DNA from: Phoronis australis
Lineage: Eukaryota; Animalia; Phoronida
Direction of reading: 5' to 3'
Assembly: GCA_002633005.1 (NCBI GenBank)
Contig: NMRA01000226.1
Location: 487,004-551,003 of the forward strand
DNA: 64,000 nt
Below are positions 24,253 to 35,027 of the stretch, in pieces; within the stretch, counting starts at the first letter, position 1, and every line of letters begins with the position of its first letter. The notes beneath the pieces were generated by a model, which was not told where the DNA came from, searched no databases, and was given only the letters and a program-made list of their open reading frames with translations. Made by a program: the position numbers and the translations under genes.

Positions 24253-27200
24253 TCACGACAACATGATGGAGTCAATAGAAAATTTGATAGAGCTTGATTG
24301 AGTTTTGGCGAGTTTGTTTTCGGCGCGATCTGCAACATTCTCCCCATGTTCGTGCGTTACGCCATTTTGTTTAAAACTATCTTGACGGATATCAGTACAT
24401 GCTCCACTGGCAACGATAGCAGTAAAGGCGCTTTTGTGACTGATTATGTCGTTCTCAATATCCTCTGCGACGCGGCGGTGAACGTCAGTGTCAGTGTCTC
24501 GATTTGCGCTCCTGCCGGCATTAGTGCAAGCTGGGTCCTTATGGTGTCGCTTCAAATGATGCAAAGTTAGCCCGAGATCACCGGCACAGCCTTGGAACGT
24601 GAGTTCTAGCAGATTTCTATTATACGTCGGAAATACACGGTGTAAAATGTCTCTTGGAGGTACCCGACCGAACGCCGACGCTTGAGTAAGCAAGGACATT
24701 CGACTTGAGTCTTGCAAACTTGCAGCGCGTGTTCTTTCCAACATGGCAGTCTCCAAATCCTTGTCGGCGAAGCATCTCCTTTTCCGCATCCGTTCGCTCA
24801 TGACGGGCAACATAGCCCGTATAGCGTCGGCAGGTGGTAAATTTTGAAGTCGGGCTCGATACGCTGCAACGAAAAATTGCATTAAATTCGACAGAGAATT
24901 TTTTATATTGATTGTTAATTCAGACACGATTTTATCTAACAGGCCTAACGTTTAAATAGCGAGTTTCTTCTTCGTTAATCAATGTTGGCAAATGACAAAC
25001 TGTAAGTGTCCAAAAATGTGCCTACGGAATGAGTCAGCTAGAAATCAACAGCGTTTTGTACAAACTATGTGGTCTCATAGTAAAGGAAATAAATAAATTT
25101 TCTCAAGGCTAATGTCAGTCATTCTGAAAACAAACCTTACTAGTAACTTACATGATTTCGCAGACTTTGTGTGACAAAATAAACAATTTTATGCATGATC
25201 TATAAAATTTTTTTGAGAGTTCGAAATCAAGACGCTTGTTTTATCCACCTCCATATGCTGGGGTCGGAACTTCAAACAAAAAAGACAAACGCTAAACGGA
25301 TTCACTCGCGTGAGGTGAAATAAAATTCTAAACGAATGACAATTCCAGTGAAATTTTACTAAACCGCATGAAAGGTTTACACGTACTCTGCAAAATTTGT
25401 CGTGACAATGTGTGTTGTTGAAGGTTACGAAGATTGCGTTGAAGAGCCTTTCTTTGTTGCAATACTTCCGCCGCGTCCCGAACTTTGTCGGTGTTGGACG
25501 AGTCCACGGACGATTGTTGCCTGTAACGAAGCCAGATAATTATAAAAACGGAATTGGAAATTTGTTTTTACATGACCACAATACTAAGAAAATGTAAGAT
25601 CTGAAAAATATGTAATTAATTTAAAATATCGTAAGAATACCATTGATAATCAAATTCTTCTGTAGGGATTTCAAGCATTTTTGCTCACAAAGCCTCTTAA
25701 ATTGCCAGACAGATTTCCACCTTTTTATTGGATATCATGCCAAAGTATAATAATTGTAGACTGACTAAGATACTATGGTTAATGTTATAGATGCATTTCT
25801 CCATAATTTGAGTTTAACAAACATTTTCTCAATTTAGAATATGGAATAACGGAAAAATACTAGTTCTCTAGTGAAAAGTACAATTGTGAACAGCAGATAT
25901 AATTACTAAAGCCGGTTTTGCTAGTTTCAAAATTTGTTTTATTTGCCTTACATGTCTGTTATCTGCTCAGTCAATTCATTTCTATCACTAAGTTTACAAA
26001 AATTGTTAACGAAAACTTGTTTAAAATAAAAGAAGGATTTAATTCACGTTCCTACTTGGTAATTCACAATGAAGTTTTGGGACAATTTTAGTCAATTCTT
26101 GTTACTAAAATTTCAACTAATAAATTAAAAACTAAAGATTAAAGAATATGAACAATGGTAAGTTTTGGCACTACTCTATGTGTTACTAACGGGGCATTAT
26201 CGGTTTAACGGCCAAAGAAACGCATTTTAGGATTGTTGTAGGGTGGGATAGGCTTCTTCGGGTTTTGAGCTTGCAGAAATTAACTGCTGTGAACACCCCT
26301 AAACTACTCTGCCGTTTGTCATGTTGCATTCAGCTCCGCCAGCTAAGCGTTAGACTGCGACTGTGAGGGCTGTAGGATCGATTCCGGGCACTGATGCTGA
26401 TCTCAGAAAATCACCTTTCTTGCCGATAGCGTCCCTTAAATTCGCGCCTATTACTAAGGTAATAAGATTGGTAGCGTCACATTGTGTTAAAACTTGGGGT
26501 TTAATTCAAGTAGACACTTGGGAAATCGCAGTACGATTTTTTAAATAATTTTCAGATATTCTTGCTACTTGAATCTGATTAAACTCAGGATCAAGCAGTG
26601 GAGAGTGACAAAGGGTGTGTTTCGTGAAAAATGACGTAAGACTTAACACATTATTTCGGTATTACGCTCCCCCTTCCCGGCTGCTGAATAAAGGTTTGGT
26701 CGAGTAATTCTGAGCGCATCAAAGTCTAGAAATAATTCATAGAAATTATCCCAGTAGCTGGCAGTTATGTGTATATTTTGAGAGACTGCATTTTTGCTCA
26801 AGTGAGATATGATTACTTTTCAGAAATGCTTGTGTGGAGCGCAAGACTAAATTTGTGACTTGAGTCGTAGGTCACCTTTCATGAAACTAAGCCCATGTTT
26901 GCATCACAGGCTTGTTGCAATATACATTTCTAACGTAAAAAAGAAATGTAATTAAATAAGAGTTAAGCAGGTGATTTGACTGACCATCATTAGCATTTTT
27001 GTAAACTTATGCACGTATTCTAATCATATCATGCGTTACTATAGCAAACTGCGCATGCTAAAATAATCAAAAATGTAGCAGGCTATGAACCGAAACCGTT
27101 TTTGACGTTAATCACAAATTTGACGTTTTAAAAACTAGCATCGGAATACTTCTCGTGTTCCAACACGAGATGGAAAATTAGGGCTTTGTTTGCTTCCACA

Positions 27201-27664
27201 ATTAAATATTCCGACATAAGTTGAAAATAACAAGACCGTCAACCATCCAAACTCGAGTTGTTGGACATCCTGTTTGATGCGTAATTTGGTCAAATTTTAA
27301 TGTTGTTGTTCTCTTTCAACTTCGCCCGAAGACGACATACAGAAGATATCGAAAGGTTGTTTACTCGCAATGCTAATTTGTTCTATTTAAAGAATATTTG
27401 TTGCTTACTTCCACCTCCAGTAACTTCTTGCCTCCGGCCCCTACATGTATCTGTCAAAGTTTCTGAGACCACTCACCTTCTGAGCGCCACTTGGGCGGCC
27501 ATCACACGTTGGCGCTCCACCACCAACAGGCAGTTTGGACACCCGCAGTCCCTCCAGCGACAGAATCGCTTGTGACCCTTCAGACAGGACACGACGCCAT
27601 GGTTACGACAGCGTGCACATTTGGGAGTTCGTAATGCTCTTTTAATTCCCTTACTGTCACCCAT
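24253..27664 (-). CDS. DMRT2: Doublesex/mab-3 related transcription factor, DMRT2/Dmrt11E class, 310 aa
   Basis: Exons 27664-27477, 25520-25387 and 24863-24253 have GT-AG introns in phases 2 and 1; total 933 nt. The DM domain [52 protein letters not shown] is DMRT2-type. The motif [22 protein letters not shown] is DMRT2-specific. Confidence 0.93.
26783..26895 (+). repeat. Interspersed repeat fragment; second copy at ~48626-48739
   Basis: Both copies share agactg..catttttgctcaagtgagat.tga.ta.tttt.cagaaat...gtggagc, in the same orientation. Confidence 0.65.
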
Positions 27665-29274
27665 TTCCGAGTTCAAGTTCTTGTCCTAAGAGGAGTTTCG
27701 TGTCGAAATCTTCTGAGCTGTCTCGTAAACTGGAAGTGCTCGATTATTATATTCCTATGCCAAAAAACTCACTATCTTTCGTCGATGGTTTCATCCGCTT
27801 CACACAATCATATAGTATGGACGGCGTCACGTGACTTGAGGCTCCGCCCCTGGTAAAGGTTTATAGATCAGGACAAGTGCTCAGTTGATTACATGGTAAA
27901 TTACAAGCGCAGATAGAGTCGGATCGAATGTCAGTCATTTGCAAGCGATAGCCATCGAGGGCTTGTAACGAGACGACGTTGCAGTGTGGGATAAGCGTAA
28001 TACAAGACAAAATGCTTTTTGCGGCTTATGCACTTCGCAGTCTGGTAGTGGCTTTTGCCCGGGGATACTCACTTAGACGCTTAGAAGGATCACAACTCCT
28101 TTTCCACTACGAAAGGGTGTTTTGTTCTGACAAATTTATCTACGAAAGGTTGCGTTTTCTGATTTATTTTCCTAAAAGGAGTCACTTTGGTAGTGCAAAA
28201 CTGCAACAGGTTCATTTTGTCCAGAATAACACATTTATGTAAATTCCCTTTTTCATACAAATCTACAGAAGATTTTTAGCATTTTCTACACCTAAAAAAC
28301 TTTGGTTGCAAAAGACGTACCCATTTATGACTGCATTTCATTTCTTTTCAGGCTTAATGGGTAAAAAGTTGCTGACCAAGAATCCCTTCGAAATGGAGTG
28401 TTCACGAAATTTAGATTACACTAAATAGGTGGCGCTTCTGAAACAAAACTCCACGAAATGCGACTTTTTCCTGGATGCTCCTTACAAGTGGGTCACTATT
28501 GTGGAATCCACTATCTAAACGGGTGGGTAAATTCTCCTAGAATTCCAACTGCACTTTCGTTAGCGTATAGTCGAGCAACCCCCGGTGTTTTTGTTAGAAT
28601 CTCGATAAACGCTATAACCCGGCTATAGCAATAGGTCAGTTAATTGGCATTATATCTCCAGAATAAAAAGGAATTCGTGTTTTGTGCTGTTTCCGCGTGT
28701 ATTTTGTACAGCTGACTTTTGTTTTCGTGCTTATCAAGCTTACCAACAATTAGCTTCACCAAAACAAGTTGTTTTGCAAGTCACGTCATCTTATACTGAC
28801 AGAAATGCTCATTTGAGACGCTTGCAGATAAACGTGTGAACGACATTCTTGTATTTTGCGGCACAGAGTTGAAGTAATGTTCAACCATTCAATTTTTGCA
28901 ATTCTTTCGTTGGAATAGATCATATAAATATACTTTGTAAAAACTTTTCACAAACAAAAAGCCATGGGCAAAAGGTATCTGAGCTATTTATTCAAAACAA
29001 CTGTCATAGAGACATTAAAGGAGGTGTATTTTCACAGCACTTGGTCGTTTTCTCTCCTTTCTTTGATATTCGGCATAGCGCAGCCGTCAGCTGTTGGAAT
29101 CGTGCAAAACTAAACAGCGTATTACGTCACTCAGTAAACAGTAAGTTTTGGGAACTCGGAAACAGCGAGATAATATTGTGAGAAATTTGCTGCGGCCCAG
29201 TTGTTAAAGATATTTACCTCCCACCATCTCCTGCAACGGTAATTCATATTTCGCGCAAATATAATTGCGGAAAG

Positions 29275-29422
29275 CAGGGGCGGATCCAGGATTTTGAGTT
29301 GGGGAGCAGGGCACAGTATTAGCCAGGATTTTTGCCCGTCAGAGCATTCAGACCCCCGAACTGCCAAATGGAATCTGGGAGAATTTTAGGGGGGGCATGA
29401 CCCCCCTCTAAATCCGCCATTG
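29275..29422. mobile_element. Short MITE, TIR CAGGGGCGGAT, 5-bp TSD (GAAAG)
   Basis: gaaag|CAGGGGCGGATCCAG ... CTAAATCCGCCATTG|gaaag. The TIR is related to that of 14471-14865. Confidence 0.8.
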
Positions 29423-32400
29423 GAAAGTGTCATTTTTGGTTTTTTAAAGGCTACTTACTTTGATGTAAATAATCGGAACTTTGTCAAATGACATTCACAT
29501 AGTTCACATTACGCCAATAATAGAGTAAAATTTTGTTGAAAAATTTCCCGAAGTAAATTTTCTTTTCGCCGTTTCATTTTGAGTTTTACACGTAAAGAAT
29601 TACCGGATACTACCAGCTATCTTACTTGATTGGACTTTTAAGAAATCCTTTTTCTGCGTCACTTGAAATATTCTTGTTGGCAAATTTAGTTCAAACCAAA
29701 TAGCCCAATGGTCCAGTAAAGTACCTGCATTGCTTTGTTATCTTGAGGGATTACTTTCTTTGCTATTTTTGAATGATTTTCCGACAGATGTTACTGAAGC
29801 GCGTGTTTACCCTGGTCTACAAGAAATGTCGTTATCATCGGGGACACTCGTGTATTCCTATGGCAAAGATTTGTTTGTAAAACTCGCATAAATCGAGAGA
29901 TGTTTATCCGAGTAAAGCAAAATTTGACTTCCGTGGAGAGCCAAGGGCACGAACTATAACAATTTGTACAGCGGAACTTTTCTCCATTTAAGCGAAAATC
30001 ACGCTTATTTATGTCCGACTTAGGCGAGCTTTATTGTATCTAGTGATTTGTGTTACTCAGAAGACACAAAAGATGAGTAAAGCTTCTGTAGTTTCCCACA
30101 GCTGTGCAATGCTCACATCCAGTCCTTTTGCGTGGTCAACTTTACTCAATCTTGTTTTTATTTTGGTTTGAGATGACAGATTTTTTACTTCCGAAAGCGT
30201 GCGGTTTCGCTTTAAAAATAATCGTCAATGAAGAAGGAAGGGCCAAAATCGTCAAAACATACCACGACGAATCGACGTTTCGCGATTAGTGTAGACCTAT
30301 GCGCCTTAACTTTTTAAAATGGGTGGAGTGGAAATTAAGCTAGGGTTTTCTGGAACCTTGTGAGCGAGTGGTTCATTTGATATCGTTCATTACTACACGG
30401 GTTTCGCTGGCATAAACTGGAACAGGTGCGCGTACACGGAGCACTTTGAACTAATTAACCATCTCGGTAGGGCCGTCGCGATCAAGGTCTATTTCAATTA
30501 CGAACTACACAGCGATCACAGCGGACAGTTGAAAATAAATCACAGTTTGTTTGATCCTCTCTCGTCATACACCAGATCAGATGTCGAGCACGTTAGTCGG
30601 ACGTGTTTCGAAGCTACGATGTTTGTCAGGTCGACGAGGACTCTTATGAATGTGAATTATTATTGAACGAGTGTTACTGAGGGATATTTTTAAGTTATAT
30701 CGATCGCTACTTCGTTAACGTCACTATTTATCTTGAGACATCCCGCTCCACACGACGTGGAGTGTAGATATATTGTTTTGACCCGTCACAAAAAAATCGA
30801 GCCATGACACAAGACAAGTCAATACACTTTGTTTTCTGTGGTTCAAGTATACCAGCTGAGGTCGGAACGAACCTGGCTCAATTTTTAAACGCTTCATTGT
30901 ACCCGTTATTTTATCCCACTTTGACTTGAACCGTTTTGACCCGACGATATATAAAAACTGCAATGTAATTACGCACTTATCCATGTCATGGTGATGTTAA
31001 CATGTTGAAGTTTCCTATTTAATACATTTCGAACTGTGTCATAATGGTAATTTGAAGCTGCATTTCGTCCTGTTTAGCTGTCTAAAAGCGAAAATCGAAT
31101 TAGGATTAGGCCTTTTATTCTCATAACATACCTATCGTAAAGGATTTTATTTGCGTTACCAACACGAGTCACAGGCAATGCGTAAATGGGCCATTTTCGA
31201 ATTCGCAATTTTGGGGTTAGCCATCTCCGATAAACTCTGAAACGTTTTCGTGCGTCGCTGATAGTTTCGGTATTCTTGTTCGTAAGGGAAGTTCAACTAG
31301 AATCCTATCGTAGTAAGGAATAGCATGAGGCCAATTTTGATCAGTGAACGTAAAAGGCGATTTTCGTTTTTTTAACCAGCAGCTAAAATAGGGCGAATTG
31401 TAGCTTAGCTCTAGTTAGAACAAAATCATAAAAAATCCGAAACTCATTGAAAATTTGCCACGTGATCTCCTACAAAGAAGACAACAGAATAATGGTGCCA
31501 GATGGAAATGGTTGACTCTAGCACTGCTATGGCGAACCAGGCTAGAATACATTCTTCTGACAGCCGTCGATCGTCCCTAAGTTCTTCATCTTTATTCTAG
31601 TCGACGGAATATTCTGAAAATAACGTTGTACATACCGCGAATATTAATTCAAAATGGTTTCACTCATGCTGTCTGTGTCGTTTGATTGTCGGCTATTGAC
31701 GCACGATAAGCTGTCAATTGCAGGCAAATGGAGGAGATAATTCTTGTTTCTTGTAGGCGGCGTTACATCGTCTTAGTAAAATAGCTTTTGAAAATCTAAA
31801 GGAATATATGTGAGTTATTTTTAATATACTGGTAATTTCTTTTACCGGAGTCATTTTTAAAATGCACTTAAACTTGTTAACGTTCACTAGACCGGCAAGG
31901 AGTGAATAGTTTGTAAGTAGGACTTTAAAGCAAATACGACTTTAAAATTACAAATTTGCAGTGAACTGTCGATTATCTTTCCCGTATATATTTTTATTTA
32001 CTTAAATATTGTCTGTTTTGTTTTAGAAATATATTCCTATAAATTTGCCATCATCATATTAATTTGATAAAATTGAATACTCCAAGCCTCACGTTTTCTC
32101 TGTTAGGTGAAATCACTTATGCTTGCAAAATGCCTAGGTAACGTGCCGCGTGGAATGTAAACAACGGGTTGGTATCTATTTTCTGGTGATTTGATACAAT
32201 TCATCCCTGAAGTCATATAATCGGAAACTACGGTCGACTAGAGATGCTAGGAATGACAGAAATTCACAGGGGCTGACAAGTGTTACTGAGTACAGTTCAC
32301 ATTTAGCTAATAACGCATATTTACAGAGGGGTGATTGGGTGTATCAATATTACGAAGAAATCTGCCACAATAAGTATCGATGTCACCCGTAATATGTAAA

Positions 32401-33640
32401 CATTGGCCCGCCACACTTATAGTCTTCGTTGAAACTAAAAGGGGGCGCGAATGCTGTCACATGCGCGATCTCGAGTCGCATATTCGTCTCGGAAAATCGA
32501 ATCCTATTGCTGCTAAACTCAAACAAAATTTGGTCAGTTTCTCTTTGAAACGTTGCCAGACCATCAATTTTTACGTTACTCCAAAATTTGAAGACGTTTT
32601 GTGGTTGATCATTTTTGAAAGTGAAAATTCATCAATTTACCTGAGACTAAAGGAACGAGGAATGGCGCCTCTCAATTCGCAATGCTAATTTTGTGAAAGC
32701 CAATACAGAAAAATATTACCAGAACTTGTTGACTCGCTCTGCAAAATAGAATCACGTTTCGCCGACCTTAGACCGGCGAGTGTATGCCAGTTTATGCGTG
32801 ACGAAGCCAGGTATACGATTTCAAATATTGCAATGTATTGAGTACCATCTAAGACCGTATACCGGCTGAACAGGATAAAAACGATTGTAATTACGTGTCT
32901 GAAGCAATCTACTTGCACTTTCTTTTCACCTATCTCGTCTTAGTACAGAATTAAGTTTAATTGTTTAGTGCATAATAACATTTAATTGTTTTCGACTAAA
33001 AATTTAAAATCCCCGAAAAGTGTGCGAGGTTCTTAATTCCCATTCGCCTTGTGAAATAAATGTGTCGATGTTTTCAATTATTTCAAATCATTTCCAAAAA
33101 TACTTTCAAGGCGTTACACGACAATTTCAAAAGTTGTTTGCTGAATGTCGAAAATGAAGTGTAACTGTTAACCAGTCGGAAATTTTTCGCCCATTATATC
33201 AAAAAAGTTTTTCTTTCAATTGCAGTGGATTTTTATGCTCAGATAGACGGTTTAATTAGTCGCACACGTCCGTATGCCCACTGAATCAAAATTTTACATG
33301 TATTATTATCGTCAGAATTAAAAGACATCGAAACATCTAAATTTTGGACACTCGGTAACAGAGCCTCCATCGGGTGTACCCGCTACCTTTTGATTGCTTG
33401 CCCACCACACTAACTATTGAGCTATCCAAGCTCTGCGTTTGACTGAGAGACATACAGAGGCAAGTTAACAGAACATTCGTTGTTATCCATTTGCTTCCAA
33501 TCAGTATACCCCCCCCCTTTCAAAATTAAAGTTCGCTCAGGGCGCACATGTGCAAAAACTGAAGACAAAAAGAGACATTCTGAATAATCACCCTTAGGCT
33601 TGAACTTTCTCCGATAAGAAGGCAGATACCGACCGCCTTT

Positions 33641-34380
33641 TAGCATGCTTGCCAACTGTCCCGCTTTTGGCGCGACTGTCCCGCTTTGCCCCACTTCCCG
33701 CCACGGCATCAAAATGACTTACGCGGCGAAATTGAAGTGTGATTTTATATTTTAGTGTTTTTCCACAGGATTTTCCCCGATTTCCCCGTTCCATTTCACA
33801 GGCACGAAAAATGCCCCTGGGGTGTCTTTGTGTGTTGCTTCGGACATTTGCACTTTGCTGTATGGCCTACATTTAGATGTCTCCGGTAATTCTGGCGAAA
33901 ACATTTCTGGAATTATTTTTTCTCTCACATCCCTAGTCTTTTCTCTGTCGCTCGTTTTGCTTGCCAACTGTCCTGACCACCTGGATACGAAATATACCGC
34001 CAACAAAATGCGTTTCCTGGAACTGCGTTCTCAAGAAAATAAATGAAAATGTCTGTTTGCTCATACATGTAGGTGCGCAGAAATGGATCTGTAATTGTTC
34101 AAGGTCAAGGCCGTTAAGTGCAGGAATGTCGCCAATGCTGACAATTAGTAGTCAGCGAAAACTGAATGCTGCTCGCAGATGAAGAATTGTAGGAGTAGGC
34201 TAAAAAGCACATTAGTTGGTTCTGGTCTATAGGCCTACTCCGACTCATTACGAAACGACCGCTCTTCGACTAAAAACACAAGTCCTCAAAAATCCAGTCC
34301 AATCCCTGTTTGCATCTCATTCCATTCCTCCCCTGAGTAAAATGTCGAAACGGGAAATCCTCAGGTTGGCGAGATCCCTA
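33641..34380. mobile_element. Possible degenerate MITE with TAG...GCCAAC ends
   Basis: Left end TAGCATGCTTGCCAAC; right end GTTGGCGAGATCCCTA is an imperfect inverted match; internal ctgtcccgc repeats. Confidence 0.3.
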
Positions 34381-35027
34381 GTCAGCTGACGAGAGGGGAA
34401 CGTGTGGGTGCGAGAATGGAAGATTGGGAAGTCGGACATTAATCTGACTTTCAAACAACACAATGCAGTAGTGTTTGTCAATCGACAATTACCCTCCAAA
34501 AATTGCCATTTCGGTGAAGTATAGCTAAGGTTGGAGAAATTCGGTTAGGTCTACTATAATTTGCACTCCCTGAGGAGAATGGAGGACGTCCCCACCAGAA
34601 ACTCGTAACGTATCCAGGATTAAAAAGTGACCTTTCACGTGAAATTTTGTTGAAAAAAAAAATGATATCCAGGTTTCTGGCAGCTGCCCAAAAACTGGTA
34701 GCCGTAGAATAGGGGATACATTTTTGGCAAAGTCGAGTTAGCGCGTACCTTTCCCCTCCCGCTAATAATGTTTTTCTTCTTACGGGCCTGCACCTGGAAG
34801 TCAAATTTACAATATATAATGAATAGCAAGGACGTCTTCACCCCATCATTATTGGATCTTTTATCTTTACAGCAGGTAGAGCATGTGGCACCTTGGACTG
34901 CCACGTATGGCAACGAACTGAATGATGCCGTTCTTTAAGTAGACGTAGAAAAGAGAGCCCGGTTACGTTTACTGGCGATTTAAAAAAAATGTTTTCAGCC
35001 GACAGGAGTCAGTACATTGAGGTTAAG

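Noticed and set aside
25029-25039. Other ARE-like sites (ATGAGTCAGCT in the DMRT2 intron; TGAGTCAGC near 38662)
   Set aside because: Imperfect short matches expected by chance, with no supporting context.
34318-34389. Peptide KMSKREILRLA resembling bHLH helix 2
   Set aside because: No basic region or helix 1, a short stop-bounded frame, and it overlaps a probable MITE end.
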